64,000 nucleotides of DNA from a virus (taxonomy: Duplodnaviria > Caudoviricetes), in the IMG/VR virus record IMGVR_UViG_3300021400_000885, positions 39,910 to 103,909 of that record; one strand, given 5' to 3'. Numbering within the stretch: position 1 is the stretch's first letter; each line of letters begins with the position of its first letter. The notes beneath the pieces are model-generated. The model saw nothing but the letters and a program-made list of their open reading frames with translations. It did no database searches and was not told where the DNA came from. This document shows positions 10,701 through 20,800 of the stretch, in pieces. The position numbers and the translations under genes were made by a program.

Positions 10701-11850
10701 TAAGCTTCTTATTTTTCCTGTTTATATTCCTAAGCTTTTTGTCCTCAGAACCAGTTTTTATTGTTTGAAGTTGCTGCTTTCTTGAAGATGTACTTAAAAG
10801 TCTTTTAGCAACATCTGACAAGCTCCTTATTTGCTTACCAGACTCTACAATTAAATCTTGCTTTATATGAAACCTTTTATCAAGGTCATTTAAAACATCA
10901 TCAACCTCAAGTATGGGTACTCCAAGTACTTTTTCAGTATTAATAGGAAGTCCTTGTACAGCAGCATTTTCTGCATTAATAAGTGCATCTGTATCAAAGT
11001 TTTGGAATATTGTAATCCCATTATTTATTGCTGCAGTAATTTGCTTTTTCCAGTAAGCACTGTCCACACTGCTCATTCCAGGCAAATCACCTTGAAATCC
11101 TGTAGAAACAAGTGAAACTATTTTACCAGTATCATCACCAAACTGACTTAATATTCTGTTTGCAAGAGCTCCATACACAGAGTGTGTTGCAACAAGCTCC
11201 ATTAGGAGTCTTGCTTTGACCTCACTCATATTCCTTACACCTTCAGAGCCACCCTGAAAGTCAATAATTAAATTTCTTAAGGTTCTATAGTTCCTAAAGT
11301 TTGCAATAGTATTCTTTAAAAACTCTGAGTATGTTGGAGTAATACCAATAGTTCTTAAATAATCATTCATTGCATTAAACCTTGCTGTTAAATTTTCAAT
11401 AACAGCATTTGTCTTAAAGTTTGTTGCATCTGTAACATCAAGAACTATAGTATATTTACCTCTTGAATAGTCAATTTTTGCATGGAAAACATTATGATTA
11501 TTATTATAATCCAAGACCCTATCTTTGATAAGGTCTGGATTATCATAATATATAGTCTGACCATTTGAATCAATTGCTCCAATTGAAAGCCTTTCTCCTT
11601 GAAGAGCTTGCTGAGCATTTACATATTGGTCAAGGTTAAATTTGGCTTTTAGAGCTTTAAAGTCTATCTCATTTTGGTCATTAAATTCCTTCTGAGTAAA
11701 AAGACTTTTAACTTGGTCAGATAAAGCTGCTGCATACAAAAGGTTGGTAAGGGGTCTGTTTTTACCTGTATAGTCAAGAATATCTTTATACAATTTACTT
11801 CTTTTACGATTCACAGTTGGAATCAAGGTACATATGTCATCAGTAGCCAT
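7753..11850 (-). CDS. Large virion cargo/ejection protein
   Basis: ~1365 aa, helical character, adjacent to the vRNAP gene; likely start MATDDIC. Confidence 0.7.
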   Translation of the reverse strand: MATDDICTLIPTVNRKRSKLYKDILDYTGKNRPLTNLLYAAALSDQVKSLFTQKEFNDQNEIDFKALKAKFNLDQYVNAQQALQGERLSIGAIDSNGQTIYYDNPDLIKDRVLDYNNNHNVFHAKIDYSRGKYTIVLDVTDATNFKTNAVIENLTARFNAMNDYLRTIGITPTYSEFLKNTIANFRNYRTLRNLIIDFQGGSEGVRNMSEVKARLLMELVATHSVYGALANRILSQFGDDTGKIVSLVSTGFQGDLPGMSSVDSAYWKKQITAAINNGITIFQNFDTDALINAENAAVQGLPINTEKVLGVPILEVDDVLNDLDKRFHIKQDLIVESGKQIRSLSDVAKRLLSTSSRKQQLQTIKTGSEDKKLRNINRKNKKLIDDEDYVTGVVNLLGNVYSDFEKLQKTIESIKPLIAAKTDDLGKINVWSKVVMEALSLVDAYEDVVRSLTNIENLDIDQEGIPEQILKDIEKTAKGLNFIINDVRTFAQGAEFDLTYMFLQKFWGDNDVKTFGDKTYSLNSIISTLSQDVNIVEKLFLSMNESTDAALGLFYEAVKTNNRQRDKILRNVDYVIRTITDDLASKGGKTSSVFNFKDGIPSEYLKAEVDFEKFNKEKAEFKRQKWEEGLRGDKLDKAMMKWERENLKARAPFSGQNYTDFLGYIKEYVHELYGIDTAQINPLEYTLKILMPKAEKYGIPDAQTLGLNPAEREYYLRMMALKSILTVPLPFGEKDFFKTIQVSADTIERVGRAGFNPKEQLKILRDAFVDTYTIREDSTEYGDSFSDLLAGNNVQAVATDMRGMQLMQLPLFFTHKLKDQTRVTTDMSMAMSAFATSAVNYGEMSKMIDAFTLAQDYLTTKRGFTATGGNRSYINIMKYGRDTAMETVSKDIRTSRSAEQLNQFVASNIYNQRKNRTGEFSLFGIDISTGRAVDTLTQLTSISGLTVNLLGAEANLLVGQIQMFIDGQAGEFFNLKDFAVAEGQYLRHLPAYMAELYSNNKKALITLLGERFDVMEDYYDTLKSNGFKSSLIGRVLDNTALMFLYGAGEHLLHNQTMFAILNHQKVFDTQTNTEVPLLNIFSVQEEGNNGKLIEDRVRYKWIERNPDGSIASTREINDDDIEGIEKQITYCNKSMHGAFSAIDRGTIHRLAVGRLFINFRQWMPEHYARRFNALHRDADLGEFRRGYYTSTFVFLKDAVSGLVKNRTSIAASWNAMSEMDRYNCKRAIAEVEVLLLLSLSNLSLGSYKDKKGNWAYRNLMYETKRMLMEVEASTPVFIPGLTNPLGMVSNFISIMNSPFAALSTINKIADTMNVLDLFDTIEGGKYDGENKYLHNLDKNLLFVGQIKKQIDLIENDDLFNVFKNI

Positions 11851-11860
11851 ATCTCTATTT

Positions 11861-14800
11861 TTAATTAACACACAAATTTAACTCTTTTTCAACCTCTTGC
11901 AACTGCTCAATAGATAAGTTAGAAACATTAATATCTTTAAGTATCTTTTTCATTTTCGCTGCTGCTGAGTTGTTATCAATATCATCCTTCTTGTCAAGAA
12001 TTCTTTGAGCAATCTCAAGTCTGTCAGATATATTATCAGTATCAGCAAAAATAATCTGGTCTAAAATATCAAGAGACTCATTTATTTCATTGACAGTTTT
12101 ATAGTATCTTGGCATTACTGGAGCCTTCTTAGGCTTTTCAGGCTCTTTCTTTTCTCCCTGAGATTGGCTTGGAGTAACTACTTTAAACATACTATGCATG
12201 TCTTCAACATCTCTAGATGGGTCAATTTCAAAGCCTTGATTGAGACCACCAAGTTTTTCAAGAGGATGAACCTTAATTAAGTAAGTTCCTTTAATCTTAT
12301 AAAACTTCTTCTCAGAACTCTTTTCGTTCTTCTTAATGGCAACAATACCATTAGGGAAAGTGGGACTTAAGGTATCAAAGGTTGTAATGCCATTTGGATT
12401 AAGAGACACTCCCATCAGCTTTTCAAACTCCTCTTGAGTATAAACTCCAACATTAGCTATACCATTATTAAGCATAAACTGCTCCAAGAGTCTGTCAATA
12501 TGAATATCATTATAAACAGCTGCAGCATCAAGATTCTGTAAGTAATTAGGAAGAGCTTGCTTAACTGAACTTGGAACAAGACTCATGAAAGATTTGCCAC
12601 TAAAACCAAATCCAGCAAGGACAAAGTTATATTGAACAAGCCTTAAAGCAAGATTTTCATCCACATCAAAAGCATTTTCACCAAGTCTCTTTGCTTCATC
12701 TTCAAGAAGCTTAGACCACCCTTGCTTTAAATCTTGTATTTCAGTAGCATCTCTTCCTCTTGTAGGAACTCTCAGTATCTTATTACCATGTTTATCCTTA
12801 TTAACTCTAATAGCCTTTAAGAACTTATTATCTGGATATAAAGCTTTTGCACTAGTTACAACATCTGGAGTAGTTTCATATATCATATCTCTATGGTACT
12901 GCTCACCATTGTCACTTAAGTCAAATATTGGATTGTCAATATTGACCACATAAGACATAATAAAGTCTGAAAGCTTCTGGGCAGTTTTATCATTTAAATA
13001 TCCAAGTTTGGCATCTGCAGCTCTATATATGTTATTAGCAAATTCCCCTCCTTGAATAAAGTTTTGTCCAATTAATTTACTTTCAAGTTCATATGCTTTT
13101 TCCCTAAAGGCTTTAATTATAGGATTCTGAAGGATGGATTGAGCACTTGGAGAAATGCTATCATTAGTACTAAAATTAATATCCTGAATCTTTGAAACTG
13201 CTGTATGTGCTGCAAATGGACCAACAGCAGCTGCTATTGAATTATACCTTGTAACATGAGTAACCTGTCTAAATGCATTGGCTATTTTATTGATTCTTGA
13301 CACAGTTTCAAGAATTTGGTAATCCATTCTAGCAATTGCCTCATCATCTCCTTCCCAATTATGAACTCTTATAAGGTCATCAACTGAAAGGTCATACTCA
13401 GCATCAAAAGTTATATCGTTGTACTTGTCAAGGATATTATCCTTCATCTTGGCTATAGTACTTTCAATACTTGTACTTCCATCAACACTGTCTCTTTCAT
13501 ATTGTTCAGTCATTCTCTTAATGACTGGTGTTGTAAGAAGCCATCCTATTGTATCAATATCATAGCCAAGTCTTATCAGAGCAACTGCAATATTTACAGT
13601 TGTCATATTAAGGTTAAACAGGTTAAGCACAGGGTCTTTTACAGCATCTACAGAAGCTGCAAGCAATGCTGCAAGATTCTGACTAACTCTTGTTACTCTA
13701 TCAAAGGCATACATAGGGTCAATTCTTACTTCCCCACCAATTCTGTGGCCAGCAAGAACAAAATCTCCATGTTCACCTTCTCCAAAATCCTTTACCTTAA
13801 ATGTAGGATTATCAAGAAGCCCCATAAACCCATGCGACACGTTAGCTTGAGCAAATACACCAATAAGTTTACCTGCCACACTATTCTGTCTATGGAAGTT
13901 TACCTGCACATTAGCAAACAGAAGGCTTGATTTCTTGTAAGCAAGGTCTTTAAGTTCACTAATACTTTTATCCTCAAGAGTGCTGGCAATATACTCAGTT
14001 CTGTCTGCAATATCTCCAAGTTCTTCATTAGGACGAGCACCTTCATTAAATGCCACATCAGCAGCCTTAATAAGATAACCAATCCTCTTAGGAACATCAA
14101 AGTTACCCGGAGAGAACATTTGGTCTACAACCTGAGGAGAAGTGAGAATTGCCTGTGTAATAGAGAGAATTGTGTTATTATTAGCTTCTCTCTTATCCTT
14201 CATATTGGTTGTGTAGTAAACCTCTCCTTTATACTTATTCCAAGCATCTTGAACCTCTTTCCAGTCATTCAGCTCTTCCTCAGATACTTCTTCTTTGGAC
14301 TTTTTAAGAAGTCCTATTATTCTTTGTTTTTCTTCATATAGCTCCTTTCCACTAAGTTCATTATCAGCATTTGTAAGAGCTTGTTCCTTAGCAAAATCTT
14401 CAAAAGATTTTTTCCTTCCCTTGCGGAAGGCATACCTCATTATATAGAGTTTATCAATATCAAAGTCTGAGCCTGTCAGAGTGGTAATATCAGCAGGAAG
14501 CATAATTCCTTCACCACCATTTCTCGGCAAGAATCCTACAATTTTTATAGGAACTATGGAATACTTAGCTTCTGTAGGGATACGATACCCAATCATTTCA
14601 AGAAGCTTAGGATTCATCTTTTCAATGGCTTTAACATCAATTACGCCATCCTCATCAGCAAAATCCATTAAAGCCTCATCATATATTGGAGCATAAGCTT
14701 CAAAATAAGCAAGACTATGCTGATTATCCCTTACATAAGACTCATACCACAAATCAAGAATACCTTTAAGCTCTTCCTCTGTAGTACCCTTAGGTACTTG

Positions 14801-17800
14801 TTGTACATAATCCTTAAAGTCAACATATCTTGCAGAGAATGAAGCACTACGTTTCTTTTGCTTCCTAATATATTGTTCAAACTCTTTTCTACTTAAAAGA
14901 AGCTTGCCATTTTCACTCTTAAACCTAATATTAAGGTCTTCAGATGTGCCATAAGCAGATACTTGAACAACTGGACCACCAGAGATTTCCTGCTTATTAA
15001 TATGATTTTTAATTACACTATTCAGTAGTTGCTGAAGTCTGCCAGAATGTATAGGGTCACTTAAAGGAATATTAAAATCGCCGTCCTCATTTACATCAAC
15101 TGCCCAAAGCATGTCAGCACCAAGTCTTCCATCTCTTAGAATCTCCTTCTTGAGGAGTCTACTTAATGCAATGTTTCTAAATTTCTTACTCTGACTGAAT
15201 CTTCCATCAAGACCAAGCTCCTTACTAAGCTCTTCAAAACTAAGTTCAATGTTTTCAGCAGTTGCTGCCATATATCTCTTCTTAGCCTCAGCTACAGTAA
15301 CATGCTCTGTAGTTACTCTTCCACCTCTTTCAGTTGTAATATCAACATAAAGGTCTTCTCCATTCTCTTTCTCAACAAGGTCAGCAATTGTATGAATTCT
15401 TACCTGAGAACCAATTTGTTGCTCTCCCTTAAAGTGTGGTGGAACCTCTTGTTGGATAGTATAATCATCAAATGGAATTGCAGTTACATAATTTGCATTG
15501 TATCCATCAGGTTGGGATGCATCATAAATTGCATTTCTAAGTGTAGAAAGTGCAGCATTATAATCCATCCCATTGATACTGATGACACCTTTAGCTCCAG
15601 TTTTTACACAGCTTTCAAACTGTACAGTATCAATACCTTTACCATTTGGAATAAATCTCTCTCCATCCTCAGACCAAGCTCCCTGAGATTCTTCCATAGC
15701 ATCAAATATGGCTGCTAATGGAGACTCAACACCTTGACTCTTCATTAAGGCATCTGCCATAACAAGCAAGAACTCAGAGTTTTTGTATTGAACACCAGTC
15801 TTAACAAGAGGCATTGCATCAGAACCTGTAGGTCTTGTTATTTGAGAATATACGAAAGGTTTAAGAGGCTGCCAAATAACATTCAAATCCTCTTCACTAA
15901 AGTCTCCTTTCAGTACCTTTTCATAAGCAGTCTCATCTTGTTTAGACCACTTACCATACATATGCATTTTCTTACGGTAAGATGTTGGAGATGAATATGC
16001 TTGACCATCAGTCCATTTGTTGCTCTCAGCAGAGAATACCTTAATTACACTATCAAATTTCTTTTTAAGGGATTTGCCTAATTTAGTAAGAGGAGCATTT
16101 ACATTGTCTCCTTCATGATACTTTGGATTAGCAAGCATATTGCTAAGTGCCTGCTTAATATTGATTAAAGCTACAGAAGCAACCTCTTCATCTTTTATAA
16201 TAAGGCTTCTGTGCACACCATCAGAAACATTCTTTTTATAGGTAATATCCTTTGCTTGAATGTTTGCTCTCATTCCTGGAGCATGTAACTGAGCAAGTCT
16301 CTTCTGTAAATTCTCTGCATTTTTATAAAGAGCAATATCACCAACTGTAAGCTGAAGAATATTCAGTGTTGCAAAGAAATCATTGTAGAAATACTCTCTT
16401 AGTACTTCTTTTCTTGTGCCATTCTTTGTTACAAGCTTATCAATCTGGAACACACTTACAACACCAGAATCAGGATTTCCTTTCTCTCCAAGGGTAAGGA
16501 AACCAGCTTTTTCAGCATCAAGCAAGTACTCATTAAATCTTTCATCAAGACCTTCTTTAATTGCTTGAGAAAGTAATTGTCTGAATTCCTTAGCTTCAGT
16601 AGAGTCTCTTTCAAGGCCTTCACCATTAACAACTTTTCTTAAAAGTTCCCCAAATCTGTCTTTTCCATTCATTCTCTCGTTGAGGAAAGGAAGGAAATGA
16701 AAAACTGTTCCATTCTTATCAAAGTTGTCAATCTTTTGGTCTTTAGGAATACTGTTTTGCCTGTCTCTTACAGCTTTGATTCTGTTTAATTCTTGATAGA
16801 ATGTATAATCTGTAAGCCAATTAACTATGGTGGATTCATAGTTTTCAGTAATTCTCTCAAACTTGAGGTACTCTTCTGAAGGCTTGTTGGACATTGTTGG
16901 CATCCTAAAGTAGCTGTAATTTTTATGTGCATCATACAGATACATTGATAAAAGGGATGCATAATACAAAGGGTCACTCTTATCTGAGTAAGCAGTTCCT
17001 TCATATGTTAAGGAAGTGACATGCTCAAGCATTCCTTTGTATCTCTCACCATCAGACCCATTAAGCTTGGCAAGCCAGTAATTCATAAATCCCTTAGGGC
17101 CTCTTGCACCATCTTCACTATTATAGAACCATCCTTCATATTTACCATACTCTCTCTGCATGAATGTCTGATAATTTTCAGGATTGCCTAAATAAGTCTT
17201 ACCTACTCTTCCCTTAAGCTTGTCTACTAAAATGCCTAAGTATGATGGAGTAACATATCCATAGTAAAGCTTACCGCCTTCATATGATACTGCCTCAGTT
17301 GCTGAAGCCATTACTGGGCTTATATATTTAATGATGGCTTTATAATTGCTTGAAGCATTTGGAATCTCAGTACCATTAATCTTTTCACCTTTTCTTCCAA
17401 ATAGCTCAAACCAGCCACCTTTCTCTTTAGCAAGATTTGCAGAAACCTCAATATTTCTGGTAGTTAAGTATCCTAAAGTTTTTACAAAATCAGTTAAATT
17501 CTGCTTGTTATTTGAGAATATATTAACAAGTTGACTTGCTTCTGGAGACTCAATATTTAATATCTCATAGATTTCCTTAATAGCATTGGCAACTCTAAGC
17601 TTGAGGTCTTGTGTAAGCTCCTCTCCCTTATCAAGCCTTTCAACAATTTGATTAAGGCCTGTTGCAGCAATCTCTGGCTTTCCTTTAACTTTTTGTCTTG
17701 GAGTACCTAAAATTTCTTTTAACCTATAGTAATCTTTAGTTAGTCCATTAGCATCTTTATCCCAAATTCTGAGCATTCCATAGTCAGCACTTTGAGCTAA

Positions 17801-20800
17801 AGATTGAATATTCTCAAGTGTTTCAACCTCAAAGGATGGACTATTAACAGACTTTGTAACTACATTACCCTTTGCATCAAGATAAGTTACAAAGTAACTC
17901 TGGAAATACTTTCTAAAATTAGTAAAGAACTGAGACTGGAATTGTTGCTCTTCAGGATTAACAAGTAATCCCTCAACAAGTTTAGAATTATCTGTACCAT
18001 TAGCATAATATGCAGTATCTCCTTTACCAACAAGTTGCCTTAACCAAGGGTCTGTACTAAGATGGGATGTAAGCATATCAACCATTTCTTCAAGGGTTGT
18101 TGCTTTTTGAGTCCATTGAAGAATCTTTGATATGGCTTCAGCAGTATCAATTGTTTTTGCCATACCAACAGAGTCAATCTTCATAGTTCCATCTTCATTC
18201 AAGTCATAAAATCTGCTTACAGTATTCTTTATGAGTTGAGAAAGGGAATTAAAAGCACTTACCTGCCTAAATCCAACTTGCCAATGCTCAACAGTACTTC
18301 CAAATACCTCAGCAAGCTCCTGCTCAGTTTCAGCATTTACATTATTTTCATTAGTGCCATCCTCATTTTCAATTACAAGCTGCTCTGTAACTCTTGCTTT
18401 AGGATTATCAAGAGTTACCTCTTCCAAATTAATAAGGGTATCATAAGCAAGCTGTTTAAATGCTTCAAAGTTATTGTAAATGACAGCAAGCTTATTTTTC
18501 ATCACAGAGCTCTTGATGTCAGTTCTTTTAGGACTGAATATTGCTTCCCTAATCTGAGTGTCAAAGAGAGTCCCCAATCCAATCTTATTCAGAATATCAA
18601 TTCTGGACATCTGAGTATAATCAATCTCTTTGCCCTCAGCATCATAAATAAGTGATTGATAATCCTTATTATTTCCAAATAGCCTCTTAACAGCTCCTTG
18701 CTCATTCTGAATAATACTGATACGCTCACTGACTTTAAATACTGACCTCTTAGCAAACTCTCTCAGTTCAGTTTGTGTGAATTTATTCTGCCCAAGAAGG
18801 TTATTTAACTCATTCCTTAAGGACATTTCATACTCTGTAAATCCTACAGTGAATGTAGGGATATAATACTTACCATCAGCATGAGGAATCTTTGCTTTAT
18901 TAAGAGCATCAACTTGTTCAGCAGTAAGGTTTTCTTCAGAAAGTGGAGTTGTTACATCAAGAGATTCAAAGATACTGTCACTCTTCATTCTCCTTAATAC
19001 TGTAATAGTATCAAGAATATCAGACACACTCTCTCCACCTATTTGAATCCTTGTACTTATATCAAGCTCTCCAGACAATACAAGCCTTATAATATGCTCA
19101 CGCTTGTCTTCTTGAGAAGTTTTCTCCTGCAAGGGAGTGATTGTAACGGTCTTTTTTGTATTTCCTTGATTCTCAGAAACTTCTATACTATAAGCATTTT
19201 TAACTGGAGTATTGCTTGCAGGCTTTTCTCCTGGGTCTTGGCTGGCAAGTTCCCTTGTAATTAAGGATGACATTGAAGCATCTTTAGGCATGCTCTCTAA
19301 AAATAAAGGCCTAGCAAATGAAATGGGATTTTCCTTCATTTGCTGGACAGTCTTTGCATATACCTGTCTTATTGCTTCAAGTCCATTGTCGTTAATTTCT
19401 CTTGTTCCAATTCCTGCAAAGTCTTTGGAAAGAGTAGGAGTTTCAGTTTCTACAAAGCTCTTAGTACCATAGTCATATTGATACCATTGGTTTTTCTCTT
19501 GGTCAAAAACATGTACTGGCTTACCTAAATTAATACCTATTTGTACAGCATATCCAGTGCCCCCTTTAACTTGAGTACCATCTAAAACTCCAATGGCAAA
19601 AATCTCAGATGCTCTGGTTGCCTGAGTAACATCTCTACCAATTAAATCTTGATATTTGGTAACAGTTTCAGCTTTTCTTCCCATATCTTTGGCTGCTTGA
19701 TATGCCAAAGGAAGTCCTTCTTTAAACTCTTTATCTGAAACTTCAACATTGCCTGCTGGAGTAGGATTGCCATGATAATAGTGCTTTAAAGATACACCAT
19801 ATTGCTCACCAACTCTTCCCCACCAAGTATCACTTCCAGCAGCACCACCACTATGCAAAGTGAACTCACCAAGGATGGGTAATTGAGATGTTTTAGATAC
19901 TTTACGGGGAGATTTATTATTATCTATAGTTTCACTAAGTTCTGTATATGAGCCTATATTTTCATTATTTCCTTGTTCTGAAACTACTACAGAGACATTT
20001 CTACTCCTTGTAAGGGCAGTATACATCATTTCTGCTCTTTCAATGTCTCCCCAAATTCCTGCCTTGAGTATATTATCTTTATCAACAGCTACTATATCAT
20101 ATGTTGAGCCCTGAGCCTTGTGGTCAGTTACTGCATATCCGTATGATATATCTGCATATTTACCGAATTCTTGCCAGTATGCTTTCCAAGCAGTTCTATA
20201 TGGTATTCTGTTTGATTTTGGTATTCTCTTAGCCTCCTCATGAAGAGCTTTAACCCTACTTTCATGCAAGTTTAAACTTTCTTTGTCTTTAGGGTCAATT
20301 CTTCTTACTGTAACAGAGCTTCCATCACTTAAATCAATAGAAATTTCTCTATATTTTACACCATCATCTTCATATTCATCTGAAACCTCTGTTACCTGAC
20401 CCTCTGCAGAGTTTTCAATTATAGGACTATCAAAGCTGTTTAGAGAAATTTTATATGGCTCATTAAATATTATTAAGTCTCCTTCGCAAATAAGGTTTGG
20501 ACTTTCTGGGAAAAGAACTCTACGAATATCATCATTCCAAGAGTCTACTGATCCATTTGTAGCTGTGACAATTTTTACATGAGTAGGATTACCTTCTTTT
20601 ACAGCCTTTTTAAATCCATCCATGATACTTGACAGCACAAAAGGCTTTGTCTCAAATATAAGAGCTCCAAGCTTTGTAATACTTGTTTCTCCACTTATTG
20701 AGTAAATACTATTGTCAGTTTTTCTAGTACTAATATTCCAGAATTTGTCTGCATATGAAAGGATAGGAGAGTTCTCACCTTGTCTTATTCTCTTGGTGAG

